Source of the DNA: a virus
IMG/VR virus record: IMGVR_UViG_3300010352_001575
Span: 94,206-158,205 of that record
Strand: one strand, 5' to 3'
Length of the DNA stretch: 64,000 bases
How positions within the stretch are numbered: position 1 is the first letter of the stretch; each line of letters opens with the position of its first letter. The position numbers and the translations under genes are program-made. The notes beneath the pieces were generated by a model that made no database searches, had not been told where the DNA came from, and saw only the letters and a program-made list of their open reading frames with translations. Positions 19,916 to 27,924 of this stretch are shown here, in pieces.

Positions 19916-22900
19916 ATGATGTTAGGTAATGCGAAGTCTTTCGCGGAAGCGTGGGCCCCTCAATACGAGGAAACCACAAACAGAAGGGGAGATGTGTGCG
20001 AGCGCGGTGCTCGTGCTCTTCTCAAGAAGGAAGCAAAAAAGGCAGAAATGCTGAAACGCATAGCCAGCGGCGAGGAAGCTCCTCTCCGTGGTGAGATGCA
20101 GGAGCTTCGTTTCCAGAACATTCTGAAAACGCCAGGCGCCGGTTTCTCCAGGCTGTCGTTCGCGTTACAGGGCCCGTTAAAGGACCGCTGTGACTACGTC
20201 TCCATCGGCCGCAAGCTGCTGCTGACTGACGTACTGCCGCAGGGCGAGATTTATACGAGTCTCGTAACTCACTCAAATGCTGGAAAATCCTTAGAGCCAC
20301 AGGTACCGGAAACGGTGACAATCTTGTGGATTGGACAATCAGCAGGGCGATATCGCCCTCAGAGACTAAATTTTGCATAGGTAACTATGCAAATACGGTG
20401 AGCTCTTCAAAAGAAGAGAAGGTATAGTCCGACCTGCATAGAAATATGCAGACTTTGGAAGAAACTCCAAAGCGCCTAGAGAAGTAGACTAGGTAGTAAC
20501 ACAGTGTCCGGCGTATGACCTTGATAAATGGCTTGTCACTTCACAGAGCAATCTGTGTTGAAAACCGTGGCTGCTGCTGGAAACTCCTTAGAGCTCTAAC
20601 TGCCAAAGGAGGCGAAAATGTTAGAGATTGGACAATCAGCACGGAAGTACCGTTGGAAGTTTAGATGGGAGTATACTACAATGACTCCTGAGCTGGCCTA
20701 CCTAATTGGTGTTTATTTAGGAGACGGCTCCATAGTTGCAAACAAACAATCGTTATGGTTTGTTTTGCAGGCTATAGACCAAGAGTTTGTAGAATATACT
20801 CGGTCGCTATGCCAAAAGCTAGTAAACGAAACCGTCCCAGAAGTACACAGGTATGTATACTCTAGTAAGAATTCTAGCCCTGTATACAAATTTGTATTTT
20901 CTAGTGGAGATTTCGCGAGCTGGATGATGAACATAACGGCGTGTAAAACAAGAATACCGCGAGAGATTGACAGAACGCCAGGTAATCCAATTCTAAAAGA
21001 ATTCTTATCTGGATTTCTAGATAGTGATGGATTCATCTGTAACAATAGACGCAAATCCGGAAGGGATAATTGGAATGTAGGATTTGGCGGAATATATGCG
21101 TGGATCCACGAAGTGGCGGATATTCTAAGAAATGAAAAATGTGTAGTAAATGGACCGTGGTTAATTAAGCGAAAGAAGTACTACTATGATTATAGGATAA
21201 CACCTAAAAGTTACGCCCAGCACGGCGTAGACTTTAAAATACATAGAAAACAAGAAAAGCTTAAACAACTACGAGAAACGAAGCTCAACGGAAATCCCCC
21301 AGAGACTGTATGCCACGCCCCCACGAAGGGTGAAGAGACAGTCCAACAGTTAGAGAAATCTAATTGAGATAATTGATGCCAGAATTCCCTGAACACTACG
21401 GACGGGGCCAGTTGCAATAAACTGGAAAATTTCGCTATATGCTGGAACATCTTCAAAAGATCTAAGTACTGGAAACAGTGAAAATCTTAGATACACGGAG
21501 ACAATCAGCAGGCAACCCGCAAGGGGCGCCTCAACGACTACACGCGAAACACTGCAAAGTGATGATATAGTCTGATCTGCATAGACATATGCAGTTAACA
21601 ATAATGGCCGTAGCAATCGGTGCCCGGGGTACTCCCCCGATGATGGAAGGAAACTTCCGTCGTATCCTCATCAATACATACTCGATCACAGTTAAATCGA
21701 GCCTGCATTATGAAGAGCTGCCGATCAGGCGCTTCCCAGTATTCGATCGTATGAAAGAACGCGTGGCTATTTCCATGGCGATCAAAGAAGACGATCAGAT
21801 ACTGACCCTGCTGGAAGATGGTCTAACGCAGTCTATTGCCGCGGGTTATGACCAGACCGTGACCAATAGCACAGCCGAGCTCTCGAAAGCCAACATCCTG
21901 TCTATCTATGGAATGCTGCTCTCGAACGGCCTGACTCCGGGCGCTTTTGTAACGCACCCGATGCGCTATGCCAGTGGTATCCTCAGCTTCGGACAAGCAG
22001 ACATTGACCAGGCTTCTCTAAACGTAATTATAGAAACTGGCCAGTTCGGCGTGCTATGAAAATGGCTCAGATACGCGTAAGCGTACTAGATACTTCACTA
22101 TATGCTGGAAACTCCTTAGAGCTCTAACTACCTAGAACGGTAAAAATGTTAGAGATTGGACAATCAGCAGGCAACCCGCAAGGGGCGCCTCAACGACTAC
22201 ACGTGAAGCTCCTAGGTAACTAGGATGAAGATATAGTCTGACCTCGATAGAGATATCGAGAGATAGGCAGAAATGACCTATCCCCGCGATAGCGGTGTAA
22301 CAAAGTGATTTGGTGTTCGCCAGATGCTGTCCACGAGGGTAAACCCCCGCAGGTTCTACCACACGACCACGCCTGAACATATCGGGCCCGGACGGAGCGA
22401 TTCGTCCGTTAACATTCAGTAAATTGCAAGGACACCCTATACTTATATAGAAAAATTTTGTATAATAAATATAGGACAATTTGCAGCCAAGCCTTGAAAG
22501 AGGAAGGTTCAGAGACTATAGACTGAATATCTCAACTGAGATAATGACATAGTCCGAACTATACGGTAACGTATAGAGATTAGCAGAAATGCCTAATCCT
22601 CGAGCAATCGAGTAACAAATTGGATAAGCTGGGTCGTATCCCTGAGTAAGCGTTCGGGGCCTGTGATAGAAATATTGCAGTGAATAACTTGACTGATGCG
22701 GAAAAATCCGAGTATCTTATGCTCCCAGAGTGGAATAACGCATAAGTGCGGAAAATTCGCAGGAGATTAAATCATGGAAAAAAGAGTATTTCGTTTCGGA
22801 AAAATTACACCAAGGCTGGCCTATGTACTAGGCGTATATTTGGGAGACGGATGGGCGTCCAAGCGAGGTGGGTTTGGCTTGTTCAGCATAGACAAAGAGC

Positions 22901-23754
22901 TGACAGACTGCATAAAATGCTACTGTGAAAGCTTTGTCGGTCCTACCCCTGAAGTTAAGCCCAGGCAATACAACAAAGGGTTTAACGGCAAAGGCGCTAA
23001 TGGTTGGGTTTACGAGTTTCACTGTCCGGAGTTTTGTTCCTGGTTGAAGGATATAACCAAGAATAAGGCGATAGTCCCAGACGTGATTCCAGTTACCAAC
23101 TCAGAAATAACCAAGAACCTATGCGAGGGTTTTATAGACGCAGAGGGCTGGGTTAAAAAGTCTACCAAAAAAACTTGTGCATACGGGCATACATACGGGA
23201 TGGGAGTTTGTAATACTAATCTAGATCTGTTAAACGGGGTTGTCTCCCGGCTAGAGCAAGTAGGAGTAAGGCACGGAAAGCTACATACAATAGTTAGAGC
23301 AGACCGGGTTAAGCCAGAATACTTCTACAACTTAGTATTACAGGACGCTGTGAAATCTCGGTTAAACTTGAGAACTCGAAGAAAAGCAGAGCGGCTTAAA
23401 GAGTACGCAAGTTTGAACTTTAAGAAACCTTGGAATAAGGGCATGACCAAAGAAGAAATAGTAGCTAAGATTGGCCATGATTATATGAAAAGAAATGATT
23501 TGATCTCTACAACGACTGAACGTCAAGCACCCTAACGGGTGGTGTTACAGTCTGACCTGCATGGCGATATGCAGTTAACATAAGTAGAACGCAAGAGCGT
23601 TGAGGTAAAAGTGATTGACTGGCCAGTTGACAATCGTTACATCATCTCCGGATGGGAAATGGTTGGCTTCGGTCTGCACAACACTGGTGGTATTTCCGCC
23701 GCGAAGCTGACATGGGGAAGCCTGCAGATGCCTGCTCGCTATCCACTGTCCTAA
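19916..23754 (+). CDS. Major capsid protein in 7 exons: join(19916..20250,20507..20525,21376..21390,21607..22055,22308..22374,22623..22643,23587..23754), 357 aa
   Basis: Exons sum to 1074 nt and read in frame: ...DYVSIGRKLLLTDVLPQGEI-PAYDLD-MPEFP-AVAIGARG...KEDDQILTLL...ETGQFGVL-FGVRQMLSTRV...TTP-DKLGRIP-ERKSVEV...GFGLHNTGGIS..., the motif order of HK97-fold MCPs of large myoviruses. Confidence 0.88.
20251..20506 (+). ncRNA. Group I intron 1 in MCP (256 nt, no ORF)
   Basis: P AATGCTGGAAA, Q CAATCAGCAGG, R TCAGAGACTA, S AAGGTATAGTCC; P1 GAGAT pairs with GTCTC with the terminal U-G; ends in G. Confidence 0.88.
20526..21375 (+). mobile_element. Group I intron 2 in MCP (850 nt) encoding a LAGLIDADG endonuclease
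   Basis: P TGCTGGAAAC, Q CAATCAGCA, R CCAGAGACTG, S AAGAGACAGTCC; the 3' end could be 21375 or 21378 (both in frame), P10 pairing favours 21375. Confidence 0.82.
20618..21367 (+). CDS. Intron-encoded double-motif LAGLIDADG homing endonuclease
   Basis: LAYLIGVYLGDGSI and FLSGFLDSDGFI; the true start may be ATG 20681 (MTPELAY). Confidence 0.9.
   Translation: MLEIGQSARKYRWKFRWEYTTMTPELAYLIGVYLGDGSIVANKQSLWFVLQAIDQEFVEYTRSLCQKLVNETVPEVHRYVYSSKNSSPVYKFVFSSGDFASWMMNITACKTRIPREIDRTPGNPILKEFLSGFLDSDGFICNNRRKSGRDNWNVGFGGIYAWIHEVADILRNEKCVVNGPWLIKRKKYYYDYRITPKSYAQHGVDFKIHRKQEKLKQLRETKLNGNPPETVCHAPTKGEETVQQLEKSN
21391..21606 (+). ncRNA. Group I intron 3 in MCP (216 nt, no ORF)
   Basis: P ATGCTGGAAC, Q CAATCAGCAGG, R TCAACGACTA, S ATGATATAGTCT; P1 CCCT/GGGG; P10 CTACGG pairs with 3' exon CCGTAG; ends in G. 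Confidence 0.9.
22056..22307 (+). ncRNA. Group I intron 4 in MCP (252 nt, no ORF)
   Basis: P ATGCTGGAAA, Q CAATCAGCAGG, R TCAACGACTA, S AAGATATAGTCT; IGS AAAT-GGC pairs with 3' exon ATTT and 5' exon GCT; ends in G. Confidence 0.9.
22375..22622 (+). ncRNA. Group I intron 5 in MCP (248 nt, no ORF)
   Basis: P AAATTGCAAGG, Q CAATTTGCAGCC, R TTCAGAGACTA, S ATGACATAGTCC; IGS TATC-GGGC pairs with 3' exon GATA and 5' exon GCCT; ends in G. Confidence 0.88.
22644..23586 (+). mobile_element. Group I intron 6 in MCP (943 nt) encoding a LAGLIDADG endonuclease; predicted terminal A
   Basis: R TACAACGACTG, S GTTACAGTCTG, P8 CACCC-TAAC-GGGTG; IGS GCGTTC-GGGG pairs 6 bp with 3' exon GAACGC and 4 bp with 5' exon CCCT. 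Confidence 0.82.
22774..23535 (+). CDS. Intron-encoded double-motif LAGLIDADG endonuclease with a C-terminal NUMOD3-like motif
   Basis: LAYVLGVYLGDGWA and LCEGFIDAEGWV; KKPWNKGMTKE near the C terminus; AGGAG RBS. Confidence 0.9.
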   Translation: MEKRVFRFGKITPRLAYVLGVYLGDGWASKRGGFGLFSIDKELTDCIKCYCESFVGPTPEVKPRQYNKGFNGKGANGWVYEFHCPEFCSWLKDITKNKAIVPDVIPVTNSEITKNLCEGFIDAEGWVKKSTKKTCAYGHTYGMGVCNTNLDLLNGVVSRLEQVGVRHGKLHTIVRADRVKPEYFYNLVLQDAVKSRLNLRTRRKAERLKEYASLNFKKPWNKGMTKEEIVAKIGHDYMKRNDLISTTTERQAP

Positions 23755-23769
23755 GCGATAGGGAATCAA

Positions 23770-23813
23770 TTGTAAAACCTGTGCCGGGTTGTACACCCGG
23801 CGCAGGTTTACAA
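23770..23813 (+). terminator. Long hairpin after the MCP stop
   Basis: TTGTAAAACCTGTGCCGGGT-TGTAC-ACCCGGCGCAGGTTTACAA, a ~19-bp stem without a downstream U tract. Confidence 0.6.
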
Positions 23814-23832
23814 CAACAACAAGGATAAAACA

Positions 23833-24300
23833 ATGGAAAACACAGAAGACTGGAAAAAAGAAGCAGCCGCAGTATTTGACGCCCCAGTGACCGCTGCGGG
23901 CGAATTGTCGTTAAAGAAGGAAGAACCTACCGACGACAACCTCCCAAATTTTTCAACAGATAACAAATTGCACTGGATGATGGATGGTGTTGACGCTAGC
24001 ACCAAGGCCGCTGTTGCCGCATTCGCCCGAGACTTTGAAAAGTGGACGGCAACGATGCTGCGGCTGCACGCAGAAGCTGGCGTAGAGTGTATGTTAACGC
24101 CTGAGATCATAGAGCATATCTGGAAGTTGCTATCTCAGTGCAGGAGTATGTTCGAAGTAGAAGCGCTTGCCCGTTACGTAATGGACGACGAAATTGTGCC
24201 AAACGAGTTTCAGCAGGTGAAGGACAGAGCCATAGAGTTATACCGAACGATACCGCTATTCGATATGGCTAACGATAAGAAGAAAGGAATGGACTTCTGA
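23833..24300 (+). CDS. Hypothetical protein
   Basis: 155-aa ORF with AAGGA RBS. Confidence 0.65.
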   Translation: MENTEDWKKEAAAVFDAPVTAAGELSLKKEEPTDDNLPNFSTDNKLHWMMDGVDASTKAAVAAFARDFEKWTATMLRLHAEAGVECMLTPEIIEHIWKLLSQCRSMFEVEALARYVMDDEIVPNEFQQVKDRAIELYRTIPLFDMANDKKKGMDF

Positions 24301-24521
24301 TGAGGCTATCACTAGAAACAGTAGCAGACAAAGTAAAAGCCATCGGCGTTATCTTGGCTTTTATTGTTGGTACCTCCGCGGTCATAGTTAGGTATTACAA
24401 TCTTCCAAAAGACGTAGCTACGCTTACCGCAGAGCAAAAAGTACTGAGGGCCGAAATTGACAAGCTAACTGACCGGTTGGAAACGGTTGAGAGACGCATA
24501 TCTCGCAGGAGAACGCAATGA
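24300..24521 (+). CDS. Small single-pass membrane protein with coiled coil
   Basis: Hydrophobic AIGVILAFIVGTSAVIV followed by a heptad coiled coil. Confidence 0.6.
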   Translation: MRLSLETVADKVKAIGVILAFIVGTSAVIVRYYNLPKDVATLTAEQKVLRAEIDKLTDRLETVERRISRRRTQ

Positions 24522-25510
24522 AGCTACCCATCACCATAGCACTGATGTTCTTGTTTTCAGGACCGGCGTTTAGTAAGGACCTGAGCCAGCAGACCGTAAA
24601 TAGCCAGATCGCAGCAGTACAGAAAGCAATTAAGGAAAAGGGCGCAAAGTGGGTGGCCGGCGAGACCTCGCTGTCTAAGCTGCCCATCGACCAGAAGCGC
24701 CGCCGCGTCGGTATTGGCTTCCAGATGCTGAACGTGCCGCCCCTGAAGCTCTCAAAGACGCGCGTTAGCGTACCGGCCAGCATTGACTGGCGCGCCAAAG
24801 GCGCTGTGTCTAACGTAGCTGACCAGGGCCAGTGCGGCTCCTGCTGGGCTTTTGCTTTAACGGCCGCGCTAGAGTCTTATGTGATGCGCGCGCCGGGCGT
24901 TACCAAGAACGTGGACCTATCTGAGCAGGTGATGGTCTCCTGCAGCGGCATAGGTTCTTGTGACGGCGGAACGCTAGACGGTGACTTCATCCGTAATGTT
25001 GGTATCCCGCCAGAAAAGTTTTACCCATACTCTGCGCAGAACGGTGCTTGTGAAGATGTTAAGGAAGGCTGGCAAACGGCTTCTTTCAAGATCAACACCT
25101 GGGGTTCAGTGCCTAAGTCCCTGAACGCCATAAAAGAAGCCCTGGTACAATATGGACCTCTTCCCACGGCTCTGTGGGTTTACGAAGATCTCATGCACTA
25201 CAAATCAGGTGTGTACTCATACACCACTGGCAAGAAGCTAGGCGGGCACGCCATACTGCTAGTTGGATATGACGACGCAGAGAAATGCTTTATATTAAAG
25301 AACAGCTGGGGCGAGGACTGGGGAGAGAAGGGTTTCTTCAAGGTAGCCTACTCTGAGCTGAACACGGTGGTTACGATGGGTCTTATGACCATTGCGTACA
25401 CGTCTGACCCGAGCCAGAACACTTTCCCGTCAGGACAATTGAAGCTGCCTGAGGTGGACACTTACGGGATTGCAGAGCAATCGCCGATACTTACCGGAAT
25501 GAGGCTATAG
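24518..25510 (+). CDS. Papain-like C1A cysteine peptidase with N-terminal signal peptide
   Basis: QGQCGSCWAF (catalytic Cys), GGHAILLVGY (His), KNSWG (Asn); signal-like MKLPITIALMFLFSGPAFS. Confidence 0.95.
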   Translation: MKLPITIALMFLFSGPAFSKDLSQQTVNSQIAAVQKAIKEKGAKWVAGETSLSKLPIDQKRRRVGIGFQMLNVPPLKLSKTRVSVPASIDWRAKGAVSNVADQGQCGSCWAFALTAALESYVMRAPGVTKNVDLSEQVMVSCSGIGSCDGGTLDGDFIRNVGIPPEKFYPYSAQNGACEDVKEGWQTASFKINTWGSVPKSLNAIKEALVQYGPLPTALWVYEDLMHYKSGVYSYTTGKKLGGHAILLVGYDDAEKCFILKNSWGEDWGEKGFFKVAYSELNTVVTMGLMTIAYTSDPSQNTFPSGQLKLPEVDTYGIAEQSPILTGMRL

Positions 25511-26550
25511 TGAGCTGGGATTTTATAAAAACAGCGTGCGAAGGCGTGTCCGACGGAATACCCTTGGAGAAGTTTGACCCGAAGGTTTTAGACAAGGGCA
25601 CCAAAGTAGAAACAAAAGAGCACGGGGATGCTGCCAATCCTGATAGAATCGCGGCTGACCACATCTTCGAGCACGGAAAGACGGAAGGCGGAGAGATAAC
25701 AAGCGAGTACTATACCGAGCTGGACAAAATGGAAAATAAACTGGAGAAAGCTGCTATGAACTGGAATTTTTTGAAGAGAGAAACCCCCAAGCCGGTTGAG
25801 AAGCCGAGCTGGGAATTCACGAAAGAGGCAATAGCCACTCCGTCTCCTAGAGAGCGCGGCATGTTGCTATCTCCTACAGTTGCGCCGGTTGTCGAGGAGC
25901 TGTGGCACGACTCTCCAGAGATGCAAGAAGAGAAGTTGCTTAACTACACTAGGACGATGCATCCGGAAGACATTCTAGAGGTTAGAGCTAACTTGGGCTT
26001 GCCGGTGCAGGCGTTCGTTACTGTGGATGCCGCCGGACTTACCGAGCTTAATCGCATTGCTGCAGAGCTAGCAGAGGCCCCCCTACCGGTTGCCAGCGAG
26101 GTATCGGCCGAGGACGCGTTCAAAGAGGTGTCTAATAAAATAAAGACACTCGCTAGCGGCGCTGCCAAGAATATTATTAAAGACTCAGAGAAGTGGGCGA
26201 CGTTGACTGCGCTGTATCAGAGTGGCAAGGACCTGAAAGACAAGGCTCTTCAGGAAGCCGTATTAGTGCTGGCGGAAGAAGCAGAGAGCGCGCAGAGCAA
26301 AGCCATAGAAATAGAGCTATCTCGTCTTGTAGACGAGGGCCAGAAGAGCAATGCCAAAAATATATTCGTCAGCACCTTTACCTCTGAGGTAGAGAAAGCC
26401 CTACCGAGAAAGGTAGAAAAAGCTGAGCAAGAATCCAAAGACGCGCAAGAATTGGCAGGGAATAGCTGGGAAGGCCTGGCTAGGGAAGTGCCGATGGAAG
26501 TAGAACCGGTTGTAACGGGAGATTCACTAGAAGCTCCTGTAATAAAATAA
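25510..26550 (+). CDS. Hypothetical protein with N-terminal DUF5661-like domain
   Basis: FDPKVLDKGTKVETKEH...IAADHIFEH...YYTELDKME resembles the DUF5661 pattern (recalled, not searched). Confidence 0.55.
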   Translation: MSWDFIKTACEGVSDGIPLEKFDPKVLDKGTKVETKEHGDAANPDRIAADHIFEHGKTEGGEITSEYYTELDKMENKLEKAAMNWNFLKRETPKPVEKPSWEFTKEAIATPSPRERGMLLSPTVAPVVEELWHDSPEMQEEKLLNYTRTMHPEDILEVRANLGLPVQAFVTVDAAGLTELNRIAAELAEAPLPVASEVSAEDAFKEVSNKIKTLASGAAKNIIKDSEKWATLTALYQSGKDLKDKALQEAVLVLAEEAESAQSKAIEIELSRLVDEGQKSNAKNIFVSTFTSEVEKALPRKVEKAEQESKDAQELAGNSWEGLAREVPMEVEPVVTGDSLEAPVIK

Positions 26551-26574
26551 AACAAAACACAAAGGAGTAACACA

Positions 26575-27408
26575 ATGGAAAACACCGAACAAAAAACTAG
26601 GGCTTTCAAAAACGTAAAGTCCTTTGCAGTCATCGTGCCGGAGCGCAACGTAATGGTCGGCGCAAACGGTGGTAGGATCACGCTGCAGGACGGCGTGGTG
26701 CCAGCTTCTGTCACAGAGTTTGTCGCTGCTGGCATTCTGAAAGAAGTAGACCCAATGGTTTCCTTGGACGAAATTGACAACACGGGCGTAGTCACATCTA
26801 AAGTAGCTGGCTGTATCGAAGAGCTGCCCGGCGCTAACGAAAAGGCAGAGGGCGTGGTTATCGCCAACCCTAACAAGCCCAAGACCGGCGCGGTAGCCCA
26901 GCCGTTCTATCGCGACCTAGTGGACACCCCGAAAGAAAAGCTCATCGCGCAGTACCAGTCGGACGGAAAGCCCAAGCCCGGAGTTAGAGAGGCGTTGGAG
27001 AACACCGAGGTAGTTATGTCGGACAAATCTACTGGCTTCCAGCTGGGAGATCTTACGACAGATGGCGGTGTTGCTGGCGAGGATGCTAGCACTATCATAG
27101 CCAAATCCCGCAAAGGCTTTGCAGCAGAGAAGACTACCGGAGATATAATTAAAGAAGGCGCTGCCAAGATGGAAGCAGCCATCAACAAGTTGCCGAAGCA
27201 GGCGCCGGCTCCCGCAGCTATTCCTGTGGATGCCACTGAGCTAATGAAGACCTGGCTGACTCGTCCTTTTATACAAAGAAAGCTATATGTACTGAAGTGC
27301 AATGACGCCACCACGCTAGACGCCATTGCTAAGTTTGAGGGCGATACCAACCTGCTGGAATGTATTTCCGATAGGATGACCGAGATAGACGCAGCCAAAG
27401 GAGCATAA
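26575..27408 (+). CDS. Hypothetical protein (head region)
   Basis: 277-aa ORF with AAGGAG RBS. Confidence 0.7.
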   Translation: MENTEQKTRAFKNVKSFAVIVPERNVMVGANGGRITLQDGVVPASVTEFVAAGILKEVDPMVSLDEIDNTGVVTSKVAGCIEELPGANEKAEGVVIANPNKPKTGAVAQPFYRDLVDTPKEKLIAQYQSDGKPKPGVREALENTEVVMSDKSTGFQLGDLTTDGGVAGEDASTIIAKSRKGFAAEKTTGDIIKEGAAKMEAAINKLPKQAPAPAAIPVDATELMKTWLTRPFIQRKLYVLKCNDATTLDAIAKFEGDTNLLECISDRMTEIDAAKGA

Positions 27409-27410
27409 CA

Positions 27411-27878
27411 ATGGAAGACAACGCTCCTAGAACAAAGATGCGCGTCTACCACCGGGCGGACGAGGACTTGGTTCTTGCTTGGGCCAGCAAAGGCCTATCG
27501 CCAGACCAGCTAAAAAATGTCACGATAATGCACGAAGGTAAAGGCCTGCGCGCGGTACTAACGCCCGTAGGTACTGAAACCCGCGGCATTACCGAGCCGT
27601 CCATTCTGTGCATCATAAAGCAGAGTGAGAGTAATATAGACCCGTTCCAGGACATTGAGCTAACGGTCATACTAGGCGGTAAGGACGCTACGCCAATAAC
27701 CAAAGTGCTCACTATCCACAAATCCGGAGTGCTGCCAGATAAAGAGAAGGACAGAAAGGCAGCCAGGTCCCACCTGATGGGTTGGGATCCAGAGACAGAG
27801 ATGTGGACGAAGATACCCTTGGTAAAAACTGAGAATGGTACCTTTGCCATACCTGTAGTGATTGTAGAAAAACGATAA
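27411..27878 (+). CDS. Hypothetical protein
   Basis: 155-aa ORF with AAGGAG RBS. Confidence 0.65.
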   Translation: MEDNAPRTKMRVYHRADEDLVLAWASKGLSPDQLKNVTIMHEGKGLRAVLTPVGTETRGITEPSILCIIKQSESNIDPFQDIELTVILGGKDATPITKVLTIHKSGVLPDKEKDRKAARSHLMGWDPETEMWTKIPLVKTENGTFAIPVVIVEKR

Positions 27879-27884
27879 CCTGAC

Positions 27885-27911
27885 CGGGCCCGGGTTAAAT
27901 CCCCGGGCCCG
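27885..27911 (+). terminator. GC-rich hairpin
   Basis: CGGGCCCGGG-TTAAATC-CCCGGGCCCG, a perfect 10-bp stem with no U tract, just before an RBS. Confidence 0.55.
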
Positions 27912-27924
27912 ATATGGAGAGGAT

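Noticed and set aside
22436-22476. AT-rich segment in intron 5 resembling the repeated motif (TATAAT, TAAATATAG), as an internal promoter for the intron 6 endonuclease
   Set aside because: It is explained as the P5 stem (CCTATA/TATAGG, TTATATA/TGTATAA), and the motif core is not matched. Not fully excluded.
22644-22647. Alternative intron 6 boundaries CCTGAGT|...TAAG|TAGAAC using a canonical omega-G
   Set aside because: It is in frame, but leaves no P10, breaks the P9.0 pattern of the other introns, and adds two residues to GRIP-ER. Kept as the refuting alternative.
19916-23796. MCP as a pseudogene or set of separate short ORFs (19916..20380, 21589..22059 and others)
   Set aside because: The interruptions carry complete group I cores, and their removal restores one in-frame protein.
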